From contig CM119264.1 in NCBI GenBank assembly GCA_051294375.1, positions 7,504,151 to 7,568,150 of the forward strand: a stretch of DNA of 64,000 nt, in the 5' to 3' direction. Shown piece after piece: positions 1 to 17,485 of this stretch. Below the pieces are notes generated by a model. That model saw nothing but the letters and a program-made list of their open reading frames with translations, had not been told where the DNA came from and searched no databases. Position numbers and translations under genes: made by a program. This DNA is from Paraspadella gotoi (Eukaryota; Animalia; Chaetognatha). How positions within the stretch are numbered: position 1 is the first letter of the stretch; the number at the start of each line of letters is the position of its first letter.

Positions 1-244
1 TTATATTTATGGTCAATGACAATTGGTCATAGTTTATGAAAGAACTAACAACAGAAAACAAGCGTTTAAGAAAACTAACAACTACAAAAATAATGGGGAA
101 TAGAAGTAGAGAAAGAAAAAGAGAAAGCAAAAGAGAGAAAAAGAAAACAAAATATAGAATTAGAATTTGATGGTATCCTTTCGTTTCGTTGTGTTATGAG
201 ATTAGGACAAAAATTTGTTTTTTTATAACTTATTATGACATAAA

Positions 245-290
245 GAATAGACATGTTTCGACTCTGTTTCAAGTCTTTATCAGCGCATTC
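245..290 (-). ncRNA. Variant minimal type I hammerhead ribozyme motif (Penelope-like relic)
   Basis: Minus strand reads GAATGCG-CTGATAA-AGACT-tgaaacag-AGTC-GAAACATGTC-TATTC. The core is CUGAUAA rather than CUGAUGA, stem II is GACT/AGTC and stem III is the palindrome ACAUGU. Confidence 0.55.
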
Positions 291-471
291 AAGAGCCAGA
301 GTTAAAAAGAAAATACCATTAAATACTTTATTTTGTTTTAAATCTTGATATTTTTAAATTTAAAGTTAAATTAAATTAACCGATCTTAACGGTGAACCGT
401 TAAAAATGTTAGTTTTAACGGTTAAGCGAACTTCCTAAAAAATTAACGGTTATCGGAACTCTAATCCCGAT

Positions 472-955
472 ACTCTAATTCACTTTGTCGGTCCGTAGGT
501 CCGCCGGGGGAAATGATGTCTGTCCGTCCATGTATCTGTCCATCTGTTTGTCCGTCCGTCCGTCCCACCTTAGCAAAAAACACCAATTACTCGTGATTGC
601 ATGGATGGATTGGAATGAAATTTTTTTGGGTGGGTAGTAGACCTTGCCAGAAAATTTGAAGTTTGTGATCCAGCTTAGTAGTAGGGCTCAAAACGAGCTT
701 CATACATGCGCGGATGTTTTACAATATTCCTTTTTTTTAATAAAAATTATGGGAAATGCTGCTAACTTTTTAAAAAATGCTGAAAAACTGAAAAATTAGG
801 GCATTTCTTCAATATCTCGAAGGGCATTAAGTATACTCAAACGGAATCAGTTTTAATCATTAAAGCGTAAAAAAACTGTAAATGTGGGACACCTTACTTG
901 ATGAATTAAGTGCACTTTCTATTAAATGGGGATTTTTTAATAATCAATGTCTTGC
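472..955 (+). mobile_element. Helentron-associated (HINE/DINE-1-like) non-autonomous element, partial
   Basis: CTCTAATTCACTTTGTCGGTCCGT start, (GTCY)n tract and CCCACCTTAGCAAAAAACACCAATTACTCGTGATT core are shared with copies at 18830, 47562 and (start and ATTACTC core only) 52090. Bases 570-950 recur inverted at ~3125-3477. Confidence 0.7.
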
Positions 956-1067
956 ATTTTTCATCAAAAAAATTTATAAAAGGGTTATTTTTTAATATTT
1001 TTTTTGTAATTATCCTTTCTTTTTTCGTTGTTTGAGAGATTTTTTCAACAAATTTTATTTTTACAAG

Positions 1068-1110
1068 AGCAGACATGTTTCGGCTCACAGTACGACCCTT
1101 CATCAGCGCA
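1068..1110 (-). ncRNA. Minimal type I hammerhead ribozyme
   Basis: Minus strand reads GCG-CTGATGA-AGGGTcgtactgtgAGCC-GAAACATGTC-TGC. Confidence 0.7.
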
Positions 1111-1651
1111 TATTAGTTGTGAACTTGATACAAGTTTTAGTTAAAGAAAGAAAGAGAGAGAGAGAGAGAGAGAGGGTTAACGGTTTCCAACAAAGAATTG
1201 AGTAAGGACAGTGATCAGTGGTGAGGACAGATTTTTAGAAGTGGCTAGTTTGAATAAGTTTTGAAAAGAAGTGAAAATTGGTGAGACAGAGAGAGAGAGA
1301 GAGAGAAATAAATAAATAATTACATTTGAGCAATGTACAACATAGATAAAGATAATGGAAGCTGTTTAATAAAAAATTGAAATAAATTAATTTTTTGAAA
1401 TTAAAAAGTTGAAAATTGAAATTGAGAAATTTAAAATTGAGATTTTAGAGGGATAGATAAGTAAAGATTGTAGTGAAATATAAGAATTAAGAAAGAGCTC
1501 AAAATGTCACTAAAATGGCAAGCCACTTCTAAAAATCTGTCCTCACTCCTGGTCACTGTCCTTACTCAATTCTTTGTTGGAAACCTTTAACCCTCTCTCT
1601 CTCTCTCTCTCTTTCTTTAACTAAAACTTGTATCAAGTTCACAACTCATAT

Positions 1652-1692
1652 GCGCTGATGAAGGCTCGTACTGTTAGCCGAAACATGTCTGC
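1652..1692 (+). ncRNA. Minimal type I hammerhead ribozyme
   Basis: GCG-CTGATGA-A-GGCT-cgtactgtt-AGCC-GAAA-CATGTC-TGC: intact CUGAUGA/GAAA core, 4-bp stem II, palindromic ACAUGU stem III and a GUC cleavage triplet. Confidence 0.78.
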
Positions 1693-2139
1693 TCTTATAA
1701 AAATAAAATTTGTTGCAAAAATAAAATCAAACTTTGTTAACATTTTTTTAAAAAGCTTGCTTTATAAATTTAGGTAACTCTTTATAAACAGATAATTGGC
1801 TAATTCTTGGTAGCAAAATTTTTCTAAAATTCTTATTGGTTTATGAATTATGATTTTTTTAAATTAAAAAAAATATTCAAAAAAATTATTTTTCTGAAGA
1901 TAAACTATATAATATAATTATTTCAAATATTATTTATTTGAAATCTTAATAAAAAAACTATCCTTAACTAAACTTCCTACAGTTACAGAAGTACTTACTA
2001 TTTAACTGTTAAAGATACTGAATTAGAAAATGCTATTTTGGTAATGAACCAAGCTCGAAAACAAAGCAAAAAAAATTCAAAAAAATGTTTTTGTAATTGA
2101 ATTTTACATTAAAAATTAATATGTTTTGTTGGTTTTGGT

Positions 2140-2310
2140 GCCAGAGGCAAGTCATTTGCCTCCCAAGTCCCAACCCAAAGGTCCGGGGTTCTAGCCCGGA
2201 GGCCGCCTAGCAGTTAAGAGGGACGGGGCGCTTAACCCGCCTGTAACATGGTGTTACAGCCTGATCCGAAGCTCAGGAACTGCTTATATTGAACGGTTCT
2301 GTCACTAACA
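2140..2310 (+). mobile_element. Possible tRNA-derived SINE fragment
   Basis: GC-richer island in AT-rich DNA with a B-box-like GGTTCTAGCCC flanked by complementary CCGGG/CCCGG. No full cloverleaf. Confidence 0.35.
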
Positions 2311-2599
2311 CATAACAATTATCACTGTCTCTTCACAGTGTTAGTATTTGAAGAAAGAAAAGCATAGTGATAAAGTAGGAATAATATTAACTATTATATA
2401 CAAACTGCATAATTATGCATAGTTATGATACTTGGGGAACAATTACTGATTTGTTCAATAATAAATATCCTGTTTGTCACTTTGTATGAATTAACNNNNN
2501 NNNNNGTTATGATACTTGGGGTACAATTACTGATTTGTTCAATAATAAATATCCTGTTTGTCTCTTTGTATGAATTAACATCCAAATTCTTTGGATTAA

Positions 2600-4020
2600 A
2601 ACAGGTTTGAGCAAATAATGCCGGATCTGTCCACGATAATTAATTAATTAATTAATTAATTAATATTAATTTTTTTAATTTGTATTATAATTGTTTTCCA
2701 CTTTGTCTCGCTTTTCAATCACAAAACAACAATCTTGATCACAAAATTATTTAATTAATTAATTAATTACAAATAATTAATAATTAATTAATTAGTTATT
2801 TTTTAATGATTAATTACTGCAGCTTGAATTTACATTTAATATAAAAATAAAGAAAGCAAAATCAAATAGTAAAATCGTTTGTTTATTTTTTCCATTTTAA
2901 CTTTTTTCCACTTGGACGATTCCATCAAAACTTGATTTCCAGCTCAATCACACACTTTCCTACCCACATACAAAATTTGAAGTCAATCACCCAATTCATT
3001 TATTTGTAATTGGCGGTCAAATAGTTAAATATATTTTTTTGTTTTTTCCATTTTAACTCATTTCGACTCGTACGATTTCGTAAAAACTTTATTTCCAGCT
3101 CAATCACACACTTTCCTACCCACACACAAAATTTCATTCCAATCCATCCATCAAATCACGAGTAATTGGGGTTTTTTGCTAAGCATTGATTATTAAAAAA
3201 TTCCCATATAATAGAAAATGCACTTAATTCATCAAGTAAGGTGTCCAACATGTACAGTTTTTTACGCTTTAATGATTAAAACTGGATTCGTTTGAGTATA
3301 CTTAATGCCCTTCTAGATATTGAAGAAATGCCCTAATTTTTCAGCATTTTTTGAAAAGTTAGCAGCATTTTCCATAATTTTTTTAAAAAAAAGAATCTTG
3401 TAAAACATCCGCGCATGTATGAAGCTCATTTTGAGCCCTACTACTAAGCTGGATCACAAACTTTAAGTTTTCTGGCAGAAGTGTGTAATTGAGATGCATA
3501 TGAAGTTTCGATGGAATCGTCCAAGTGGAAATGAGTTTAAATGGAAAAAACAAAAAAATATATTTCATTATTTTAACACCAATTGCTCATAAGTGGATGG
3601 GGCGATTGACCTGAAATTTTGTATGTGGGTGGGAAAGTGTGTGATTAAGCTGGAAATTAAGTTTTGATGGAATCGTCTGAGTGGAAATGAGTTTAAATAG
3701 AAAAGACAAAAAAAACCTGTTTCACTAACTGATTATGCTTCTTTTTCTTTTTATATTAAATGTAGATGCAAGATGTATTAATTAATCAAATAATTAATCA
3801 GTTAATTAATCAATTAGTCAATTAAATAATCAATAATTAAATAATCAGCCAATCAATTAAGTCAATCGTTATCGGCATTAAACTCATCGTCATCATTGCT
3901 TTTGTCGTGGTTAGTGACGAAAAGACCTAAAAACAAACATTTGGGATCAAATTAATGAATTGATTAATTACCGAAAATGATCGTGGGCAGATCCGACATT
4001 GTTTGCACAAACTTGTTTAA
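2600..4020. mobile_element. Two HINE/DINE-1-like element pieces in opposite orientation (minus ~2600-3477; plus ~3480-4020)
   Basis: The 3' terminus GATCGTGGGCAGATCCGACATTGTTTGCACAAACTTGTTT lies at 3979-4018 and its reverse complement at ~2600-2637. Internal GATGGAATCGTCCAAGTGGAAATGAG subrepeats and (TAAT)n tracts match the other copies. Confidence 0.7.
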
Positions 4021-5419
4021 ATAAAATTTAAACATGCTAAAACTCGGGGAAAAAAAATGTTTTTTTGCCCAAAGCGATTGAGATCGAATTAACGATTATT
4101 CATTCGTGAAAATTATTCAGTGATCGCAAAAATGAACAATGTTTTTTTGTTTTGATTTTTATAAATATAAATTTTTTTTTACTAATTGTCACCTCGGTCA
4201 ACCAGAGTGTCTTGTGAGATTAGAATTTTTTTATACACGTGCGTCTCGAATTTTTTAATATTCAGATGATTCGGTTATTATCGGAATATTTATATTTATA
4301 TTTATTTATTTATTTATTTATTTATATTTATTTATTTATTAATATTTATATTTATTTATATTTATTTATTTATTTATATTTATATATTTATTTATTAATA
4401 TTTATATTTATTTATATTTTCGTCTTCTACATATTATTATTAATCATACCGATCCGGCTCATCCCGTTCATTCGATATGCAGTATTCTGTATTGTCTTGA
4501 CAGCTGAATAGATTGATTTGGTTTGGGTTTTTTAATTTTGAGTTTCGCCGTGGTTTTTGATCTAATACTGAAATTACTAAATTATTAAGCACTTTTATTC
4601 GTTATATGTCCGTATCCATAGATGAGGAGAGCTCAATGGCTTCTCGATTAGTAATTATATTCGTTAAATTAGTAGTCATATAGTTAGTATATAAACTGTA
4701 GCAGGTGATTGATCTTTAACCAATGTTTAGTTTTAATATTTATTTTCAGAATTTTAGAGAGACCCGCATGCATAAAGATAATGAAGTTTAGTGAAGTACT
4801 CCCCTGAAGTGCCCCCAAATTTATTCTCAAAGAAACTCAGTTTTTATTGCTTGGATGAATCGTGACTTTGCAAGAAAACGTCGAACGTGATTTTATAGTT
4901 GCCACAATTTTTATATTTAAAATTAGAAGTAAAAAAACATACGAGACTTTTGTTAGTACGCTTTATTTGGTCTTATACAAAATAAATGCTGACACACTTC
5001 TCGGCGCCAAGGCTCCACAGCAGAACACCGAAGCCCTACGCCGCGCATCGCTCTCTGTTTCTTTCGATCTGGAACCACTCCCTTCTGCCAAATTTCGATG
5101 AGCGCGCGTTTAGAGCGCAGAGGCCAAAAGTCGGAAGTCGCAACGGAACTGCTCTTATGTTTACATTGAACTGATCACATTCTATATATAGAATTAGAAA
5201 GTGTTGGTTTTAACTTAAAATTAACTCAAAATTCAAGTAACGAATTGTATTCTCAAGGTAGAAAATGTCTAGTAATTCTAATCGTATGTACTTAAGTTAA
5301 GGTCACGAATCTGAGAAATTATTGAAGTCTCCCTAACAGCGTAACATGCTTGATCGTGAAGGTATTGTCATATCTCTAATTCTCCACCTTCTCCCACTTC
5401 CTCAATCCGCCTGGTACAG

Positions 5420-11567
<6,148 letters not shown>

Positions 11568-11895
11568 GTCAGTGCTATATTAATTATGCTTTAATTTCGG
11601 TTTGTTTTCCTTTAATTTCGTTGCGTTGAATGTTTGATAAATAAAACTCGTTGTATGTCAACAAATAATTAATTTTCTACCTCAAGCTATAATTTTTAAA
11701 GCTGAACAATAACATCAGCGGTATTAATGGTCAAGAAAATTGAATCAAGAATTTTACTGTTTTTTCTTGATTAAGCGAAGCCATAACTTTAAATAAACGT
11801 GAATTGATTGATATTTAAAAGAAAACGAAAGCAGACATAACTATTAACTTTAAAGTTTACTTTATACTGAGATCATTTTGCAAGCTTTTCAGCTT

Positions 11896-13146
<1,251 letters not shown>

Positions 13147-14883
13147 CGCCAGGCGCGCCGACTCAGAGCTGCAGCCTTCGATTCGGATCTTGGGTCTACA
13201 ACGGGATCCACCTGGACCTGCACCCGGAGCAGCACCTGCTCGATTTGGCCGACACCGACCACGGAGGCCCTTGGGTCATCAGCGGCGGAGAAAGTAAGCG
13301 AACTTCGGGTTGTTGCCTCTGATGTCATCGTCTGTTTGTCTAACTACAGAAAAAATTAATATAAAAATCCGAATCAATACGAACGCGGTACGGAGATATA
13401 ATTCAACATATTTAACACTCGTTTCTAAATCGTTTCTAAATCGTATTGAATGTTTTATTGATTTAATTCAGTTATTACTTAAACCCCCTTTTTTTTTATT
13501 TCGCAGTGAAAAAAATTCAGTCCTACTACGAATGCTGCTCGGAACATTATAGCAACGTGGAAGTTACTTTGAGATTTCAACGAATCCCATAAACAACTCG
13601 TTAATGGATATGACATCGGAAAATTATATAAAAAAAATGTAATAACTTATCTCAAAGCCACGACATTTCGTCATATCACAAAATTATATAGCTGAAAAGG
13701 CTGGAGGAATTAGTTATAATTAAAAATGATGCTATCGCGCGTGTGATGCCATTCCTGTTAAGAAGCGAATCGATAAAAAATTATTGTGAAGCTCGGATCC
13801 AGTTTTCTTTTCGTTGGTTGCGGATGAAAGTGTCTATGAAATTCCTAGATAACCCGATATAGTGATATTATCGTGCCCTAGTCTGGTCATTAGAATAGTA
13901 CCCCGTTAACATTCCTGCAGTTGTGAAACAATCAAAAATCCATATGTATTTACTATCAGAGAAATAAACAAACATATTGCAATTGTTTAAATTTTTTTTT
14001 AATGAGTTTTAGTCATAGGACGAATATGTTTCCACTCCTCAATCAAGTTAAAGAACTGAATTTTAGTAAGTGAATGGTTTCGAAACTTAATAAACATCCA
14101 TCCACCCCATCCGTTTTGCTTTGAGTTTTGGTTTTGCACTTTTGGTTATTCTTGGTTATTCTTTTGAGCTGCAGATCTTTTGTTCACTTTTGTCAATAAT
14201 TTATTTTTCTAGTGTATCTTAGAGTGCGTCAGGGTCAATATTTAAAAAAACAAAAGATATACATTTCCTTTCAATTATTAGCGTGCTTAAAAGAATGGGT
14301 TGATCAATAAAAGTTTGATAAATTAATAATTTAAACACATGAATTAAATAATAATAATAATAATATTTTTTTCTAGAAGCTTATTCACGTACCTAGACAA
14401 AAATTCCCAAATTAACGGCGTAGGTTTTGTTTTGACTCGCGTTCTTTAAAACCTTCACAAACGATCGTTCATCTCGAGCGATATATACGACTATGGAGAA
14501 GATTATTCATGATGCTGAAATTCGAGAAGGCCTTCGAATGATGATAAGGAGGATTTTGGTTGAACCGAATGTGAAGAAACTACGAGAAACACAACGGAGG
14601 ATCGTCGATACTACAAGTCTGATCGACGATTGAATTAAAATTTCTGTTAAGAATCTCGCGTTTTTGTTTTCACGGACCCAGAATTAAGTTTTAGCTCGCC
14701 GTCAAAACAGTTTTTTTCCGTAGTAACCGGTGAGTCAAAACGTGGCGTAATTGTATGTGCTTTACATGTAAGTACTAGAAATGTTAATTCAACGAGTGAA
14801 GCGCAAAAACAAAAACACTCCCCTCAAAATGTATATCCAATATTATTGGCAATAAACCGTTTGTACTGAACATTGTTCGGTGA

Positions 14884-14897
14884 GTATCCATAGCAAC
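14884..14897 (+). promoter_or_regulatory. Candidate RFX X-box
   Basis: GTATCCATAGCAAC exactly fits the X-box consensus GTHNYY-AT-RRNAAC, ~220 bp upstream of the ATG at 15118. Confidence 0.5.
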
Positions 14898-15035
14898 GAA
14901 ATTAATAAATTAAATTAAATTAAATTACTAAAATGTGACGGGGATGAGCGAATGAGATGACGACGATGAGAGCGACGACGACGGAGAGACAATGACGAAG
15001 ACGACGGAGACAATGTCTTCCATCCTGTTTTTTTT
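14889..15035 (+). repeat. ~130-bp upstream element, copy 1 (copy 2 at ~17114-17238)
   Basis: CATAGCAACGAAA...GCGAATGAGATGACGACGATG.GAGCGACGACGACGGA...GACGAAGACGACGGAGACAATGTCTTCCATCCTGTTTTT is present upstream of two different genes. Confidence 0.85.
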
Positions 15036-15117
15036 TTTTTTTTTTATAATATTACATGTACAATTGTACATCTATAAAATTCATAACTTCCAACAGTTTT
15101 TTCTCCCCATTCGCGCT

Positions 15118-16599
15118 ATGGATCTGAGCATCCCGCCTCCCAGCTGCTTCGACGCCGTGGCGGCGCCTCCCAACACCCCTTACGCTAACACCCCTTCCGC
15201 GACCACCCCTTCCTCCGGCGACCCGTCGTCGTCGGCGGAGATCCGCGTCGACTCGAAGGAGGAGTTCAAGTTTCCAGTGGAGGAGATCATCAAAGGGCTC
15301 GACCAGGTGTGCCTGTCTTAGACGAGGGAACTACGCATAACCTTTCAGGGAGAGGAGACATAATAATTTTAATACTTTCATAATTTTCATAATTTAAAGC
15401 ATGCGTATAAATGAAAAGGTTTCTTGGTTGATTTAAGAAGCCACGTCGGCCAAAGGTTTCGGTTTTCAACCGACAAGCTGACTTCTAAATCTGAGATTTT
15501 TCCTATGGGGGAGATAAAAAAAATTTAAAAAGTCAGTTGACGCGAATCCATGGGGTTTCGTGCGTTTGTTGATCAAACTGATCGAGGCGAAGAAATTAAT
15601 TGGGAGATAAGAGGGATTTAATTATTCAAGATAAAAGATTAAGCCTTGAACGCCTTTTGAGGGGGAAAGTTATATCGCGCACGCGCACCCTTCCAGGTGA
15701 TCGCCGACGGCGACGCAGCCGACGCCTCCAAAGCCCCGACATCCGCCGCCTCCGCTCTACCGGATAGAACGCCTCCGACGAGAATCTTGGGCGACGCAAA
15801 GAAGATCATCTCGAGTCTGTACAAGAGGATCGACGAACTAGAGGCTTCGGGTTTGTAGGGAACCGATTGTCAGGGTTGAATCGTTGACAGGCATGAAATA
15901 CTTAAATTCTATACTACTTAAGTGTACGGAAGATATGTGTTTCTGACTTACGAATACAATCTTTTTTTCAAATATGAATTTTAAATTTAAAACGTACTTA
16001 AAAATGTGCTGACGTTTCTTATTTTAGTCGAATAGTAAAAATATTAATGGAGGATCGATCCCAGTCTTATCGCATGTGAAACGACCACTCTTCCAATTTA
16101 TGTAAATAATGATTGGAAAAAAAAGCTTAAAAATGGAAGAAAAATATGAGGATTATTAAAATGATTTTCATTAAAACAATAATGATAATTTTTTTATTGA
16201 ACTAATACTGAAATTTTTAACTATCTACTAAAAAGATAAAAAAAACCTTATGGACGGATGGATTAAACGATGAACTGGGTGACCGAGGTGGACGTTTTTT
16301 TTTCTCATTTTAATCCATATACGACGTTATACGACATTATACGTCAATCGTACATGAATCTTATTCCCCCTGCTCCCTTCCTTCCAATTTCAGTCTCCAT
16401 GCTGCAGACTTGGAACAAACGGTTAACGGCGGACAACGCCGAGTTGCGGCAGCGAGAGGCGAAAGCGTTGAAAATGCTGAAGGCGGCGGAGGGAGAGCGA
16501 GCTACGCTGGAGCGGCAGCTTAGTCTACAGAACAGAGAGGCGGCTGCGGTGGACGAAGCGCTGGAGAAGACCCTGAAGGAGCTGGCGGACATTCATTGA
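15118..16599 (+). CDS. Uncharacterised coiled-coil protein, 182 aa
   Basis: Exons 15118-15306, 15697-15850 and 16394-16599 are phase compatible with GC-rich codons. Pro/Ser/Thr-rich N-terminus, then RILGDAKKIISSLYKRIDELEASVSMLQTWNKRLTADNAELRQREAKALKMLKAAEGERATLERQL (heptad pattern). Confidence 0.8.
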
Positions 16600-17113
16600 A
16601 AAAGGATGGGGAAGGGAAGAGTTTTGGAGTCGTTCGTGTCGTGAATGAATTCGTTATGAATTCGTTATGTAAACCCTGTCAACTTTAAAGTATTCATCAT
16701 TTCGGGATATTATAAACATTATTCCTAACTTTAAAGAATTTTTTGACGAACGTGGTATATTTTCTTTTATTTGTTCGTTTGTATTCCCGACGGCGCGGCT
16801 GTTTAAATATTTTATTAAATATCTATATTTTGTCCTTGGGCCTTCTTATAAATTATTTGTGCAAAAGTCACCACTGATAAATTTTACGTAGAATCATAGA
16901 CTAAAGCCAGCATAGATCAGAATACTAATATGTATATGTATACATTATTATTAAGCTATGACAATATGACGATATGAGAATATGGTCCGATGCGTAATCT
17001 AAAGACGGAGATAATTATCTGACATCGATTTGAATAGCTGCGAGGATGACGGCACAACTGAAAAAAAGACAGAATGAATGATTATTGAATTTGATTCCGG
17101 GGAAAATCGACGC

Positions 17114-17238
17114 CATAGCAACGAAAGTAATAAAACGTGACGAGGATGACGGCGAATGAGATGACGACGATGGGAGCGACGACGACGGAAACGACGACGA
17201 CGAAGACGACGGAGACAATGTCTTCCATCCTGTTTTTT
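17114..17238 (+). repeat. ~130-bp upstream element, copy 2
   Basis: Homologous to 14889-15035 and overlaps a one-mismatch X-box, GACGCCATAGCAAC (17109-17122). Confidence 0.85.
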
Positions 17239-17485
17239 GTTCGAAAAGGAGAGACGAATGCGGAATCGAAAAAAAAAAAAAAAAAAAATTCAACAAAATT
17301 CAACAAAAAGATTGTCAATTGTTAAAATCTCCAGGAAGGCACGACGTTGTAAATGTTGAAGAAAAATAAATGAATAACATAACATTATATATTTGTGTGA
17401 TTGTAATATTGTATCAAGTATTGTCATATATTTGAAGAAATTAATCTCGTTTCTCTTTCACAGTCGTGGATGAAACAGTGAGAAG

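Larger units (their letters stand above)
1046..1715. repeat. ~200-bp inverted repeat pair (arms 1046-1246 and 1521-1715), Penelope-like pseudo-LTR
   Basis: The arms are near-perfect reverse complements separated by ~275 bp, and each carries a hammerhead motif. Confidence 0.85.

Noticed and set aside
2422-2579. 74-bp direct repeat
   Set aside because: It flanks an N-gap exactly (2496-2505), typical of an unmerged contig overlap.
4239-4511. 90-aa hydrophobic ORF (YLYLFIYLFI...)
   Set aside because: Translation of a (TATT)n low-complexity tract.
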